DNA of 61,873 bases, filler included, from Nemertoderma westbladi (Eukaryota > Animalia > Xenacoelomorpha), in assembly GCA_032718475.1 (NCBI GenBank). It is 3 parts of 3 records of this genome, joined end to end, with 100 filler letters (N's around TTAATTAATTAA, not from the genome) between each part and the next. Parts side by side here need not be neighbours in the genome. Positions count along the whole stretch, not along the records: positions 52,790 to 61,873 come from JAUCBJ010004051.1; 2 more parts are not named here. One strand, given 5' to 3'. Positions 60,619 to 61,873 of the stretch are shown here, piece by piece. A program made the position numbers and the translations under genes. Below the pieces are notes generated by a model. That model saw nothing but the letters and a program-made list of their open reading frames with translations, was not told where the DNA came from and searched no databases. Within the stretch, counting starts at the first letter, position 1. Each line of letters opens with the position of its first letter.

Positions 60619-61186
60619 ATGTATAACAACTTCTGGTTGATATTGGCTGTAGCGATGGGAAGCAGTGAAGCGTTGAAGTGTATTATTGGAGCGGAAGGGC
60701 CTATAACTAAAAATATGCGTGATGATACCTCATTTAACGAAAGCGAAATAAGTCTAGATACTAAGGACCCCTGTGTCGAATGTGTTAGTTACATAATAAT
60801 TATTGCTTTATATCAATTCATTATTTACAATAAGTTCGACTACCGGTACCGTATTTATTACCATAATAATGTAGAGCGGGTTTGCAGTAATATATTTATT
60901 ATTATATGCGTTTGTTATATAGACTACACTCACTTACAAAGGGATAGACGGCATCTCAAAAAATTGTGTTACAAAGAAGCAACTAGAGAAAGGCGATGCA
61001 ACTAATTGTAACGACGAGAAATTTCAAGACAGTTTGAAAAAGGAAGTGGAGAGATATTTTAAATTACCAGCAGCCGACGCCACTGTGGATTGCTGCGACG
61101 TCGATCTCTGCAACGCCGCTGATACCAACCGAGTCTCGATGACTGCATTCATTCTACCAATAGTTGGAGTTTTCTACTACTTCTAG
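60619..61186 (+). CDS. Two-exon Ly6/uPAR (three-finger, Quiver/Sleepless-like) GPI-anchored protein, ~142 aa; exons 60619-60783 and 60923-61186
   Basis: Signal peptide then ALKCIIG; phase-0 intron GTTAGT...TATAG; exon 2 ends VDCCDVDLCNAA plus a hydrophobic GPI tail (AFILPIVGVFYYF*); AATAAA at ~61292. Confidence 0.88.
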
Positions 61187-61873
61187 ACTCCTGAGTAACT
61201 CACTCTATAAACTGAAACTGAAACGATAATTACAATGTTGTTGTGCGATTTAAAGTAACAAATTAATTCGTTAAACTTTATGTAAATCGATAATAAAAGG
61301 AAATGTATTCGTTTCAAATAAACTTGGAACTACTGTGTTTTGGGTACAAACCCGCCAAATATAATGTTATACAACATATTGTCTATTCATTTATTAATTT
61401 TGTTCTAGAACAAATAATTGTTTGGTAGCAGTTCCGTATAGAACTACATTTTTATTGTTAATTAATAAAAAATGTTAATTAATATTATTAATTATTTTTT
61501 CCAATGAAAAATTTTGTTTTTTCAACAAAATACATGTTCTAGAACATTAGCTATAAATAACTAATTTTAACAAATAATTAACAAATAAATTAATTAGTTA
61601 ATAATTTTTAACAAATAATGTTTACGTATCTATGATAGCTTGTTCATTTGTAAAATTTTGTAGTGAAACATTTTTTAATAGCTAATGTTCTAGAACAAGA
61701 TTTTGATAATATTTTTATTGGAAAACTTTTAGAAGATGATTTGGGAACATATACACATGAAATAATCCATAAAATGGATTGTTATAAAAATGTTATAAAA
61801 TTTTGAAAAATGTGGGGGGGGGGGGGGGGAGACCGCAAAAGTACCGATTTTGTTCTAGAACAAACATTTGGGA

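Noticed and set aside
1-61873. Prokaryotic operon or defence system
   Set aside because: There is no operon structure or bacterial gene; introns, GPCRs, Ly6 and metazoan TEs indicate an animal genome.

Overview
AT-rich genomic DNA from an animal, most likely an invertebrate. It has spliceosomal introns, rhodopsin-class GPCRs, a Ly6/three-finger gene and animal TE families, so it is not prokaryotic. Three contigs are joined by artificial N44-TTAATTAATTAA-N44 spacers (23976-24075, 52690-52789). The window is a dense mosaic of nested, mostly broken transposons: BEL/Pao, Harbinger, CRE, RTE, Penelope, IS3EU-like, Sola-like, EnSpm/CMC, Kolobok, piggyBac and many MITE/foldback elements. Only a few host genes are present (two tandem intronless GPCRs and one GPI-anchored Ly6/uPAR gene). 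The top finding is an intact 653-codon ORF (25138-27099) whose motifs run colinearly with orthomyxovirus (influenza-like) nucleoprotein. It is preceded by an influenza-like segment-terminal motif (GCAATAGCAAGAGG), followed by an A-tract, and embedded in a rearranged IS3EU-like transposase. This suggests an endogenised, apparently mRNA-derived, near full-length NP segment of a divergent Articulavirales virus. A second, degraded candidate viral insert (toti-like capsid?) lies at about 19740-20790. All family calls come from motif recognition by eye; no database search was run.
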